A stretch of 54,312 nt of DNA, counting the filler, from Hypanus sabinus (lineage: Eukaryota), in the NCBI RefSeq assembly GCF_030144855.1. It is 4 parts of 4 records of this genome, joined end to end, with 100 filler letters (N's around TTAATTAATTAA, not from the genome) between each part and the next. Parts side by side here need not be neighbours in the genome. Positions count along the whole stretch, not along the records: positions 16,309 to 41,236 come from NW_026780939.1; 3 more parts are not named here. One strand, 5' to 3'. The notes under the pieces were generated by a model. It was not told where the DNA came from. It did not search any database and worked only from the letters and a program-made list of their open reading frames with translations. The position numbers were made by a program, and so were the translations under genes. Position 1 is the first letter of the stretch. Every line of letters starts with the position of its first letter. This document shows positions 23,584 to 36,007 of the stretch, piece after piece.

Positions 23584-26049
23584 CGGGGGTCGGCAGCCTG
23601 CGGCTCCCGAGCCATTTGTGGCTCTTTCACCTCTGTGCTGCGGCTCCCTGTGGCTTTGGGAAATAATTGGTCAGTATTTAATTAAAATGTATTTTATGTT
23701 AGTTTGTTAGCTTTTGAAATGTAATTCTAAATTTGAAGATTATGGTGATCTTGTACAATCTAAGTGTGGCGACACATTTCCTGGCACATCCGAAACGGCT
23801 CACAATTAGCCAGCATTCCGGCTAAGGGAGATAGCCTACGGGGGTTTGTGAGTACGCGTCTTTTGCAGCATCTGCGTCCATGCGGGGTGGGTTGAGGGAG
23901 GCTTAAAAGCAAGGCTGTTTAGTTCGAATAAAGTTATTCGACTGCAGTTTACTGACTGCGTGAGCACTCCGCTACAACGTGTTTTTATCGCTATTAATAT
24001 ACGTCACCACTGCCAATACCTGACACCCGCCAGTGCGCAATTTCTTTAATTTTTCGATCCAAGGTAAGCCAACTATGGAGAATTCTAAAAAAAGAAAAGT
24101 GACTGAAGAAAACAGAACGTTTAATGATACGTGGACAGATTCATTTGCTTTCACTGTTGACGAGACTGGTTTACCGGTATGCTTAATATGCAATGAGAAA
24201 CTAGCAAACAACAAAAAGTCAAATGTCGCAAGGCATTTCCAGAATAACACGCAGCCTTTGCTCAAAAATATCCGGATGGAGATGAGAGAAAAAAAGCCGT
24301 TTCGGAACTGATGCGGAAGGTTGATCTGAGCAAAAATCATTTCCAGAAATGGATGAAGTCTGGAAAATCAACGACATACGCCAGTTATATTGCCGCTCAG
24401 GAAATAGTCAGGCACGGGAAGCAGTTTACAGATGGTGAATATATAAAAGAATCTTTCATTAAGATTTCAGAACATCTATTCACGGACTTTAAAAACAAGA
24501 GTGAAATTGTGCAGAAAATCAGGGATATGCCCCTCTCTGCAAAGACTGTCAAAGACAGAACCATAAAAATGGCAGAAGACATCACAAGACAGCAAATTAA
24601 AGACATCAATTTAGCTGTGGCCTACTCGATTGCCTGTGACGAGTCTAAAGACAAAGGTGATATTGAACAAATAGCGCTGTTCTGCCGGTATGTAAACTCT
24701 GCCGGGCCACAGGAAGAACTGATTGAGTTGATACCTCTAAAAGACCAAACACGGGGGGAGGACATCTGTGAGGCTGTCTTGAATTGTTTAAGAGCCAAAG
24801 GAATAAAGACCACCCATCTGGTGTCAGTAGCTACTGATGGGGCACCGAATATGACGGGAACGCACAAGGGATTTGTGGCTTTACTGCAGAAGTCGCTGGA
24901 CAGAAAGCTGCTGACTTTTCACTGCATCTTGCACCAAGAGGCACTGTGCGCTCAAACATTTCCTCCGGAATGCACAGAAGTAATGGATGCTGTCATTCAG
25001 ATTGTCAATAAAATAATGGCAAAAAGTTTAAATCACCGTCAATTCCGTTTGTTACTGGACGAGCTGGAAAGCGCATATTCTGATCTCCTGCTGCACAACA
25101 AAGTCCGGTGGCTGTCCAAAGGGGAGGTGCTGAAACGCTTTGTCGCGTGTCTGGAAGAAGTGAAAACTTTCCTGGGCAGCAAAGTGCTCACCTTTCCTGA
25201 GCTGGAACAGCCAGAGTGGCTGGAAAAGCTACACTTCATGGTAGACATGACAGCGCACCTGAACACGCTGAACACAGCTCTTCAGGGGAAAGGACGCACA
25301 GCCCTGCACATGTTGGAGGATGTCTTGGCATTCGAGCGCAAGTTGACAGTGCTTGCCAGAGATTTACAGAAAGGCACTTTGTCTCACTTCCCCAATTTGA
25401 GAGAGTTCAAACAAGGTCACGACATGATAAATTCGGAGTATTTACATTCTGCAATCATCGCAATGCAAACATCGTTTGGGAAACGCTTCTGTGAGTTCAG
25501 AGAGGAAAAAAAACACATTATCCTTCCCGGTCACTCCCCTAAGCATCGATCCATCCCTACTGAATACGACTGCATTGTCAGGTGTGAGTCAACCTGAACA
25601 AGTATGATAAATATTTTAATTGCCTATTATTTTACGTATATTCATATGTTTTCATTGTTCAGTGAAATAGTCCTTTTATTTTTCAGGTTGACAGCTGGCT
25701 GACGTTATTTTTGGTTTGCTGCTGGCGGCAAATTTAAGTTTGGCGTTTTTCATAAATACAAGAAGAACTCAAATAGACATTGAGTATTTTACTTAAAAGT
25801 AACCTTCAACCCAACCTCTTTTTTTCGGAGTTCAAAATGTTTTTGTTGCATGCAGAAATGTAATTTCGTTTTCTCTGCAGGAGTTCATCAATTTCATAAA
25901 TGCAACACATTATAGTTTGTTTATACATAGCATAAAGGCAAAACAAAACGTTGTATGCAGTGTTATTTCATTTTAATGGTCAAACGGGTTTTGCGGCTCC
26001 CAGTGTTTTCTTTTCTGTGGGAAACGGGTCCAAGTGGCTCTTTCAGTGG
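23584..26049 (+). mobile_element. hAT DNA transposon (Charlie/Buster, GTF2IRD2/EPM2AIP1-like), non-functional, inserted in a CR1 LINE; right TIR deleted
   Basis: Left TIR CGGGGGTCGGCAGCCT after GTCTAGTG. Subterminal GCGGCTCCC/GTGGCTCTTTCA motifs occur at both ends. The flanks continue the same CR1 ORF2. Confidence 0.88.
24075..25597 (+). pseudogene. hAT transposase pseudogene
   Basis: PVCLIC...RHF (BED-like zinc finger), ACDES, VATDGAP, FHCILHQEALC, VRWLS. Frameshifts near 24247 and at the A-run near 25505-25512; sequence breaks off after VSQP (about 25575), so the C-terminal dimerization region is missing. Confidence 0.88.
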
Positions 26050-27699
26050 AACTGAGGGAAATAAATGTTTGTAAGGAAGTGGTGTTAGGTAAATTGAAGG
26101 GATTAAAGGCAGACAAATCCCCAGGGCCAGAATGCTTAAGGAAGTAGCCCAAGAAACAGTGGCTGCATTAGCGATAATTTTTTCAAAACTCCTCATATTC
26201 TGGATTAGTTCCTAGGATTGGTGGGTGGCTAACCCCACTTTAAAAAAAAAAAAACAGGGAGAGATAAACCGGGGAATTAATGACCGGTTAGTCTGACATC
26301 GGTGGTGCGGAAAATGCTGGAGACGGTTATCAAATATGTGATAACAGCACATTTGGAAAGAGGTGAAATTATCGGACAAAGTCAGCACGAATTTGTGAAA
26401 GGAAAATCATGTCTGACGAATCTTATATAATTTTTTGAAGATGTAACTAGTAGAGTGGATAGGGGAGAACCAGTGGATGTGGTATATTTAGATTTTCAAA
26501 AGTCTTTTGACAAGGTCCCACAAGGAGATTGGCAAGGAGATTAGTGTGCAAACTTAAAGCACACGGTATTGGGGGTATGGTATTGATGTTGATAGAGAAT
26601 TGGTTGGAAGTCAGGAAGCAAAGAGTGGTTGTAAACGGGCCCTTTTCAGAATGGCAGGCAATGACTCGTGGGCTACCGCAAGGCTCAGTGCTGGGAGCCC
26701 AGTTGTTTACAATATATATTAATGATATAGACGAGGGATTTAAATGCAGCATCTCCAAGTTACCGGATGACACGAAGCTGTGCGGCGGTGTTAGCTCTGA
26801 GGAGGATGCTAAGAGGATGCAGGGTGACTTGGATAGGTTAGGTGAGAGGGCAAATCATGGCAGATGCAATTTAATGTGTATAAACGTGACGGTATCCACT
26901 TTGGTTGCAAGAACAGGAAAACAATTATTATCAGAACGGTGGCCGATTAGGAAAAGGCTGGTGCAACGAGACCTGGGTGTCATTGTACATCAGTCATTGA
27001 ATGTGGACATGCAGGTACAGCAGGGGGTGAAAAAGGCAAATTGTATGTTGACAGTCATAGCACAAGGACTTGAGTACAGAAGCAGGGAGGTTCGAATGCA
27101 GTTGTTCAAGGCCTTGGTGAAACCGCACTTAAAATTATTGTGCGCAGTTTTGGTCCCCTCATCTGAGGAAAGACATTCCTGCCATAGAGGAAGTACAGAG
27201 AAGGTTCGTTCACCAGATTGATTCCTGGGATGGCAGGACTTTCATATGAAGAAAGACTGGATTGACTCGTGTTATACTCACTGGAATGAGAAGATTGAGG
27301 GGGGATATTATTGAAACGTATAAAATTCTAAAGGGTTTGGAAAGGCTAGATGCAGGAAGTTTGTTTCCGATTTTAGGTAAGTCCAGAACGAGGGGTCACA
27401 GTTTAAGGATTAAAGGGAAGCCTTTTAGCACCGAGATGAGGAAAAACTTCTTCAGACAGAGAGTGGTGAATCTGTGGAATTCTCAGCCACAGGAAACAGT
27501 TGAGGCCGGTTCATTGGCTATATTTAAGAGGAAGTTAGATATGGCCCTTGTGGCTAAAGGGATCGGGGGTATGGAGAGAAAGCAGGTACAGGGTTCTGAG
27601 TTGGATGATCAGCCATGATCATACTGAATGGCGGTCCAGGCTCGAAGGGCCGAATGGCCTACTCCTTGCATCTATTTTTAATGTTTCTATGTTTCTATG
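26050..27699 (+). mobile_element. CR1 LINE ORF2 RT region and 3' end, right of the hAT insertion
   Basis: PQGSVLGAQLFTIYINDID...SKLPDDTKL (RT motifs), LRGDIIETYKIL, 3' tail (GTTTCTAT)2. Confidence 0.9.
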
Positions 27700-28039
27700 A
27701 CGAGTGATTTTTACCCCTCATGTTTGTGAAGGATGTAAGAAATAATTTCAATTCAATTCAATTTAGATCTTTATCATTTTATTTACTTTACAACTAAGAG
27801 CTCATGTTTGTTCCACTGTCTGTGGACGCTGCCGGAACTACTGGGAAATCCCGATGTGGTTGTTCTAATAGTTGTGGTATTTTTAGCTAATTCCATGTAC
27901 ATACCTCTCTCTGTCTGAACATGTTACTCCTAAATTTTCACCATTTCACCAAGAAGCTATACGTTCAGTCTGGAAGCGTTATCCCTCTAATCCTTCCCCA
28001 TTTCAGAGCCTTTTTTACAGATTCAGCAGAGTGAACCAA

Positions 28040-28222
28040 CATCGTCCAATTACCCCCGGGTGACCAAATAACCTACTACCATTTATGTCTTCGGAATGTG
28101 GGATGAAACCGGAGCACCCGCATGAAATTTACGCGGTCCAGAGTAGAACGTTGGAATTCCTTATAAAACTGAACGAGGCTCGCTGGCGATGCCATTCCGT
28201 CACGTCAACCGTGCTGCCCCTG
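28040..28222 (-). mobile_element. HE1/V-SINE-like SINE (similar partial copies at about 5225-5320, 7565-7700, 29370-29500, 30575-30750, 35655-35735 on -, and 45735-45870 on +)
   Basis: gtcttcggaatgtgggatgaaaccggagcacccg...ccgtgctgccc is the reverse complement of the tRNA-derived SINE body. Confidence 0.7.
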
Positions 28223-28770
28223 AATACTACTCGGCTTTGTAAATGTAATTGCATCAGCCACTTCCCGTGTGTAGAGAAGTTTCATCGCATTTTCCCCCTC
28301 CTGTTAAAACTAGGGGGGCGGGACGGGTGGATGAGAACAGATACTGCAGGACACTGGAAACAAAGTAGACAGACACGGTAATGGTGAGCGGAGCCGGTCA
28401 TCGGGGAGGCCGGTTGTGACGTCGGTGTAGCGAGGTGGGTACGACACGGATCGGGGAGGGATATAGGGGAGGGAAAATAACGAAAACAGGGCCTATGTAT
28501 GAGAGGGAGGGTCTGCCGGAGATGCTGAGCAGCGTATTGTAGGGGGAGATCACAATAACCGGGCTATGTAGGGGAGGGAGAGTTTACTGAGAAGCGGAGG
28601 GTTGCAGGGGATAGATGGAATGGCAGGGACAGGGATTTATGTAAGGGAGGACGAGGGTAATAGAGATCGAGATAGGCGTAGAGAAGGGAGTGTTGACGGA
28701 GAATGGGAGGAGCGACCTCTGAGTTGACTCAAGATAGCTGAACACCCTTTTTGGACCAAACTGTAATTAG

Positions 28771-29059
28771 TGGCCCTTGAATCAATACATTCTTCCCCCT
28801 CGATTGGAGCTGGCGGGAAGACGCACTTCGCATGCACGCTGGTACTGGTAGAGAATGTGTGGGCACTGGATCTCTTGTTAACCTCAGCTGGGCAAATCTC
28901 CATCAGCACCTACACGCCTGTCGGATACACGGCCAAGATGTTCAGTGATACGTGCTTCTTACTGGAAATGAAGGAACCCTCGCCCTCTCAATCGGCCGTC
29001 CTCTTCTGCGCTTGCTGTACCTCGCAGAGCCTCAAGAGGTGGACCTCCCTTTGAAAACC
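28771..29059 (+). pseudogene. Decayed V relic V4 (TRBV30-like) with RSS remnant
   Basis: After taattag|: ALESIHSSP...FACTL, then TAC TGG TAG AGA (Y-W-*-R) in another frame, then GYTAKMFSDTCFLLEMKEPSPSQSAVLFCAC. A nonamer-like TTGAAAACC at 29051-29059 lies 30 nt past the V end. CDR1 region deleted; no leader found. Confidence 0.65.
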
Positions 29060-29637
29060 GTTCCCCAACTTGGACGATGGAGGTGAGACTGATCCCCAAC
29101 AAACGCCGTGGTAACTCTGTTTCCTCGGCTGTATTGAAGTACATTTGTTCTTCCTCGAGGTGGCAGCACATGTAATATATCGGGCTCACGTCTTCCACGA
29201 TTGTGTCACAGTGACAGATCCAGGACTGGCCTGCTTTTGTCAACTGGAAGAAGTGATGACGTATTTCTATTAATTCTAAAATGATTTCTTTTAAAATTCC
29301 TGGATAATTTGTTATCATTTACTTTCTTTGGCAATACAGCAATCCTACCAGCCCAACGGATACGCGCTGGACAATTTCTCCCATGTGACCATTTGATTAA
29401 TCAACTCTTACGTCTTTGCACTATGGGAGGAAATCGAACGACACTGAGGAGACCCACGCAGTTATGGAGAAAGCAGAACGAAACGCGGGCTCATATCGCT
29501 GACAGGACACAGAGAAAGAGATAGACAGATGGAGAGAGACAGTGAAAGTGAGAAAGAGAGAGGGACAGTGACACAGGATATTACTACAAAACGTTATTTA
29601 ATGTCGTAGAGAGCGAGGGACAGAGAGAGAGACACAC

Positions 29638-29668
<31 letters not shown>

Positions 29669-31071
29669 CGACAGACAGAGAGACGGAGAGTAAAAGGGTA
29701 ATAACAAATCACTTTTCATGAGTTCATGAATCTTCATAAATCTGCTGGTGCGGTGTATGAAGCTGTTCCGGAATCGTTAAGTACGGGTCTTCGGTCTCCT
29801 CTACCTGCTGCCCGATGTTGGCAAGGAGACGAAGACATGACCCTGGTGGCGCGGGTTCTCAGTGCTGGTGGGCGCGACGCTCATCTCTCAACAATATCCA
29901 GACTATTGGGGATGATTGAGCCCCTGCTGAGGACGGCTTATTCCACAGCTCTCGCTGGGCTCTTGCTGGATGCACCGAATGAGTTGATTCTGCAACCCTC
30001 TACAGCCTCTTGCCATCCTGTGATTTGGAGCCTCAAAACAAGCGGCGTTGACATTCTAGATCACATCAAACTCCTAACATGGTAAAACCGCTGTCTCGTG
30101 TTGTTGCACTGTCCATCCCACCCACCCAGCTTCCACTCCCCCCTTGCGTTATCAGTTTATCAAGCATCGACCATTCATCCTTTCCGCTCGGATCACTTCA
30201 TGCACACTGGATAAGTGGGCGGTGAGATTTGTTTGCTGACGTTTGCACACGTGACCGTTCTGTTAATCGTTGTTTGCACACGGTTGTTTGCCTTGTAAAC
30301 TGCTGGTTGCTATTGTGTTGTCTGTAATGATCCTGCCCTGTGCTTTATGCTTGGCATTGAATCACAATCAATCCTGGAATGTTTCACAGACGGGTAATAA
30401 ACTGATTCAGATGTACTTGTGCACAACTGAACTTTGATCTTGACTCCAAATAAGAGTCTGAAAATTCTTAACGTCGCACCATCCCCTCGTACTTTAATAT
30501 GATTTATTTATCTAGAATTACATCGTGCAACTGGCCCTTCCGACCGAACGAGCCGGGTGGCCCGTCTAGCTTAACCACAGGGCAATAGAATGACCAATCA
30601 ACCTACCAAACGGTCCGCCTTCGGGAGATGGGAGGAAACCAACTTTGTTCACGTGGAGAAAGTACAAAATCTCACAGATGCCGTCTGAAATTCACCATGA
30701 ACGAAGGACGAGCTGTAATGGTGTCGCGCTAACAGCTACTCTGCTGTTCTCTTATTAATTTCAAAGAGGGGATCTCCCGTACTAAATTGTTGTTTAATAT
30801 CAAGTGAGTTTATTACAAACCAGTAAGATGTGCAATTTGCTTAAAGTCTATAAATTGCCGCAGGGGTTATCGCTGAGATGATCCCCGTGTGGATACGGAG
30901 TGCCCCCTGTTTCCACTGCAGCACCTGGACATCCGGTCTCCATCGATCCGATTCTGCGCACATTCCTCCAATCAGAGACATAGGGGTAAAACAGCCAATC
31001 ACATGACGAGAGTCGTAATAAAGGGGCTGGTGGCGTATAGTCTGCCATCTTACTTGAAGATGAAACAACAA

Positions 31072-32433
31072 ATGTCGACTGAGCGATTGATACTGCTAAT
31101 CGCGACGGTGCTTTTCGTTCAGCGTAAGAATTTTTGCAAAGATTTAATTTGCTTATCGTTTGTTCGCTTCATTTAAGGAGTTCAGATGCATGAATCAAGG
31201 GTCATTGTCCATGGCGAGACACGTAGGACAGATGAAATTTAGTGTCCGTCCATATTGAGATTTAAAAGTGGCCATGGAAGCGAGAAGGATCTTTCGCAGT
31301 TGAAGTTGTAAAGATAATTATCTGAAATTCAGAGTGCAAGGGTGCATTTTTTTTTATTTATGTCGAGGCAACTTTTGAAATAGTGTGTCAATTCTTCTCG
31401 CCGCATTTGTAGGAAGAATCCAATGTACTGTTGTTGTTTTTTTTTTATTTTGTTTTATTTATTTTTTGTTTTTGTGAACGGATTCCCAATATGTTGGCAC
31501 GAAACTGGTCAGTGTTAGCTTTAATTAGATGTTAGACAAGCAGTGGATTCGGCGGTGGAAGGATAGTGATTGAGGTCTGTAAACTTATCAGGGCGGACAA
31601 CCACAGTGAGTGCGGAGATGTCAGACGGCCGGAGTTTAAAGGGAGAGAGGGAATGTTAAAAGGAGATTTCCATGTCCACTTTTGTAATCACAGTGGGTGT
31701 CTGAAGGTGACTTTGAAGAATTATTTAGATAGACCCGTGAATAGAGAGACAAGAAAGGGCAATGGAACACGTGCCGGCAGACTCGATTACGTAGACTGGC
31801 ATCAGGCTTTTTCTTGCTCTGCACTGTTCCATCTTGATTGCACGGTGCGAATCTGGCACAGGGAGAGATATGGAGACGGGAACTCTGCACCGTGCTCCTG
31901 ACGTTTGGGTCTGGGCCTGGCCGGGGTGGGGGAGCATACGCAGACTGGAACACTGCACACAGTTCTTTCCAATTCTGCAATGTCTTGTCTCTTTATGTCT
32001 TCTTTGCCAAATTTACTACCCACCTTTCCGAACCCTGTGGATCCCTTTTCCCCACCGCGCCGAAACTGTCTCTCCAGACCCCACCGTCCGACACTGCCTG
32101 TTCACTGATGCTTCTTTTCCCCGACATCCTTCCCCAGCCCCGAACTCGCAGACAATCCGGCAGACTCCAGTGGCCTACAGCGGCTCTCCAGGAGACACCG
32201 TGACTCTGAGATGCACTCTGACGGGCAGCGGTACCTTTAGTATGTTCTGGTACCGGCGGCGGGCGGGAGAGCAGCTTCGGAACCTGTTTTATTCCGTGAG
32301 CCCGGGTTCGGTTACACCGCAGGAGGCTGTCGATGGATTCACCGCCGTGTGACCCGAAGAAACGCTATTCCTCCTGAACCTCTCCGAGCTGCAAGTCAGT
32401 CACTCGGCCTTGCTTCGCTGCGCCTGGAGTAAT
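31072..32433 (+). pseudogene. TRBV: TCR V segment V5 (TRBV30-like): leader 31072-31123, V exon 32138-32433, in-frame TGA
   Basis: Leader MSTERLILLIATVLFVQ + C|gtaaga (assignment to this V is probable, not certain; 1014-nt intron contains a CR1 piece). V exon PNSQTIRQTPVAYSGSPGDTVTLRCTLTGSGTFSMFWYRRRAG...DGFTAV*PEETLFLLNLSELQVSHSALLRCAWSN. The TGA is at the family's Arg (likely CGA) position. Confidence 0.92.
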
Positions 32434-32472
32434 CACAGCGGCGCCGACAGATACAGCAGCGCTACAAAAACC
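32434..32472 (+). other. 23-RSS of V5
   Basis: CACAGCG + 23 nt + ACAAAAACC (consensus nonamer). Confidence 0.95.
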
Positions 32473-33420
32473 CTTCAGAAGCGAGAGTCAGGGGAGCGGA
32501 AGCCAGCTGGAGGGCTGTAAGATTATTCGCAACATGGAGAAGTGAAACTTAATTTTGAGAAGCAACATCCCGTGGCTGAGTTTCTTGTCATCCGCCCAAA
32601 ATCGTCTCTGCACATGCGCAGTGAAAAAGGAACTTCCAGCTGCATCAGAGACACATGACTCACCAGAAAGAAAAGTCAATTAAACTGTAATTATACACAA
32701 TCCATGCAGTTCACAACACATTTGAAAAAAACGAAAAAAATCGGAGTCAATTGCTTGACAAATTGTTCGATTCGTGCCGGTCTGTTTGCCGAATGGTTGA
32801 AGGGAAGTCATTGTTCCTGAACTTAATCCTGTGAGGAATTTCACCTTCTCTACCTCCTGTCCGATGGGGACTGCGAGAGGATGGCGTGGTGCAGACGGTG
32901 TGGGGACCTGCTGTGCGTGCTAATTGCAAACCAGAAACAAATTCAACGGGGGACGCCTCCGCACGTTTGCCGGGGTTCTGAGAAAGTAAAATGGCTGACG
33001 CGGATTCGTGGCTATTCCCTCACTGGCGAGAGACTGTCTGGACCCAAGTGCTGGAGGATCCGAGGCTTGAATCACGAGGTGTGACTGAAACGAGAACAGA
33101 CAACTAAACAAGAGGCTGGACGACAAAACAAGCAGTGGTGACGATTGGTTACCAGATATCTTGAAGTTGAGAAAGACGTTGGAGAGCCCTAATTTACAGT
33201 TTTCTGTACCGACTCCTTTATATACCTGCGGAACGACCTATGCGCGTTTGAAAGTAAAATATACAAGAACGTCCCCGGGACTCCAGGGCCCCAGTTATAA
33301 GGAAAGATTGAATAGGTTTGGAGTTTATTGCTTGGAATGCAGAAAGCTGAGGGGGGATTTGATAGAGGGATACACAATTATGAGGATGAACAGAAGTAGT
33401 AATAATAGTCGTAGCCGCAG

Positions 33421-33717
33421 ATCCCAGGGGATCACTGGTTCGCTTCTCTGGCGAACTGCATCCATTCCAGGGCGCAAGCCTGGGCGGGAGGATTTGAAGA
33501 ACCGGCTGTTGTCCATGCAGCGGCTTCTTCACGTCTCTGATGTAGTAACAAGGAAGGACAAGCGCCGCAACAGCTTGACAGCAGTTGTCGTCGTACAGGT
33601 TGCCAGAGTCAAGCTGCAAACAACATCAAGCTTCCTTAGGGACGCCAGCTCCGGATTTCTTCCTCGGGGCTTACCCCCGAAGCCTTTCCCATGGGTGCGC
33701 ATGGCCGGAAGGCAGCG
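33421..33717 (+). pseudogene. Heavily decayed V relic
   Basis: After ccgcag|: ASLGGRI*RTGCCPCSGFFTSLM**Q (TAG TAA CAA at the W-Y-Q position), then EGQAPQQL, then FFLGAYPRSLSHGCAW in other frames. GGCAGCG at 33711-33717 sits at the heptamer position, 290 nt from the acceptor (295-299 in the clear V exons). No nonamer. Confidence 0.5.
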
Positions 33718-34689
33718 GAGGTGTAAAATCAGAGTGTTCCTTCTCCTCGGCGGGCTCCGGTCCAAGACTCACGAGCGCCACCTGGCCGTGTATGAGGGAT
33801 ATAGCTAGAGTAAATGCAAGCAGGCCTTTACACAGAGGCTGGATGGGGCAACGTGAGGAAATGCGCTGAGGGTGAGAGTCGAAATGCTTAAGCGGAGCAT
33901 GAGAGGAAGCGTCTTCAGTCAGGGGATGATGAAGGACCAGCGCACAAATGGTGCATGAGATTCCGATATCAACGTTTCAGAGAAGGTGCTTTTGGTTCAT
34001 GTGTGGCAGAGCTATGGAGGACATCTGATCCGGGGATTGGTCAATGATATTGGGCAGTTTAATTAGTTCGGCACAGCTATATAGGCCGAAGCGTTTGTTT
34101 CTGAGCCCTACCTTTCTGTGACTCTAACCTCGATTCGAAGGGCCAGTTCATGTGCTGTGGTGTTCTGCCTTCGACCTTCTGTGATCCACGGAGATCCCCA
34201 CCCTCTTGTCAGATTCCAGTCTCCGCTGTCAGACAGGACAACAGAGTGTGTAGTGGAAACTTGCAACGACAGAATTCGCTTAAGAAATTAATAGTATTTG
34301 AATAAACTTGGGTTTGGTGAGTGTTTCCTCCACAGCGACGGTAGAGAGAGCTCTCGATCCACGGACCAGCTTTGAATGGGTTCCACCAATTCTGAGAGAG
34401 AGTCCGGATGCTAATTGACACCTCCAGCAGAGGCACGTCCTGCTGAGATATCAGCCTCTGTTCCGTTATCGGCGAAATGAACGAACTTAAGTGCAGGAAT
34501 CCCTATTGTAGCTCCCGGCACCAAGTCCGAAATGGTCGCTGTTTTGCCTCAGGGAGATGGAGGGGAGTTGCGCCGGTGGTGCGTTGGGTCAACTGCTCCC
34601 GCAACATCTTACGTTTACGCCCCGTAGAAAAGTCCTACCAGACCGGGGTACCACCAGTATAGAAGATAATTAACTACGTGCTCAGACAT

Positions 34690-35560
34690 GATAAAAATCG
34701 TTAGTTTGCGTGCCTTGCAGACACATCAGCCCATGTATAACCGTATCCGTGGATGTATCATGGCCGGTTAAAGCACGGCTCAGCACATCAGAAGGTACAG
34801 CCTGCCCTCCACAGACTCTACCTATACATTCCTTAGCCTCGGGAAAGCAGCCGGCCAATTCTCGTACCATTTCAGCCCAATATTTCCTTCCACCTCCTTC
34901 CGTCGGGAAGAAAACACAAATGTTTCACAGTCCGCACTCACCGCTCAAACTGGGTAGGTTCTCACACGTTACTCTCGACCTGCAATCCAGTTCTTTATTT
35001 ACATGTATCATGTTACGACCTCAATGCTTTGATCTACATGAACGATATGCAAGTCAAGTGAATTGCAAATGCTCTCTTCTAAGCCAGACCCCCTCCCTGC
35101 CCTGCACCGCCATCCACAACTCCAGATCCCAACTCCGAACGTCCCGTTTGTCAACCCCATCCTCAACTTCCACCAATTCCCCTGTTCACCAAATCTACTG
35201 AGCAGGTGATAAGGTCTCTGGGGAGACTCCGACGGGGCAAAGCATTGTGTTCTCAAGTTGTGAACTCCAAGGTCCTGAGGGAATCTGCTCAGCGGCTGTG
35301 TGGATTTCCCCAGCGCATTTCCAACTTGACCCCCAGGGTTGAAAGCGTGGAAACATCATGTTTGGTCACAGTAGCCACCAACGGCCAACTTAAAGTCTCG
35401 AATGAATACCGTCCAGTGGCCGTGAACTGTTATATCATGAAGACCCCGTCGAGGCGGATCTTGTCTCACCCCCGACCGTGGCCAGATCAGCCCTCGACCC
35501 CCTGCAGCTTGCCAGCCACGAACGGATTCGTGTTGAGGAGACTGTCGTGATCTGCAGAGC
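34690..35560 (+). mobile_element. Degenerate Rex1/Babar LINE fragments
   Basis: KVSNEYRPVAVNCYIMK motif; ctcagcacatcagaaggtac region. Confidence 0.6.
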
Positions 35561-36007
35561 AGAGCCTACAGCCTCTTGGACAATCAGGGCAGCAATGTGA
35601 GGATCATGTTTTTTTTTAATTTCTTTACACAAGTGCTTTCGACACCCGATGGGAAGCCACGCGTTCACCAGGAGAGCCGATAAATTCCTTAACAGCCAGC
35701 GGCGGGATTTAAACCCGGGTCGCTGGCGCTGAACGCTGGAAATATTTCAAAGTAAATTTCTATTAACTAACGCTAGTCAAGCTTTCATTTTACTGTATTA
35801 CTACGGAACAAAAAAATAAAAGCGATTGACATGTCATTTATACTGTATTCATCCGCCAACAAAGAGTCGAATTGTAGGTGGAGGGTGGGTCTTTCTGCTA
35901 AAATGGGCGTGGCATCTCTTCCTGGCTCTCACTGCCTTTACAAATGTGATAAACGGCAGCTGAGCGCAAGTCTCGCTCATTATCTGAAGGATCGTTTCTA
36001 AACAAGG

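Noticed and set aside
28749-28770. TTT GGA CC AAA CTG, resembling a collapsed FG..KL J motif
   Set aside because: Too short, no RSS or donor, and it overlaps the V4 acceptor region.
29070-29260. Minus-strand ORF with AGQS..C..TIVE..P..Y and SLTSIVQ, vaguely V-like
   Set aside because: No WY motif, no terminal Cys or RSS, and it runs into V4's 3' flank; likely pattern-matching noise.
33161-33808. 215-aa ORF
   Set aside because: Chimeric reading through a CR1 fragment and the decayed V relic; no coherent protein.
34440-34700. GE..ELKC..NPY stretch resembling V FR1/CDR1
   Set aside because: Remaining framework and heptamer absent; adjacent to LINE debris.
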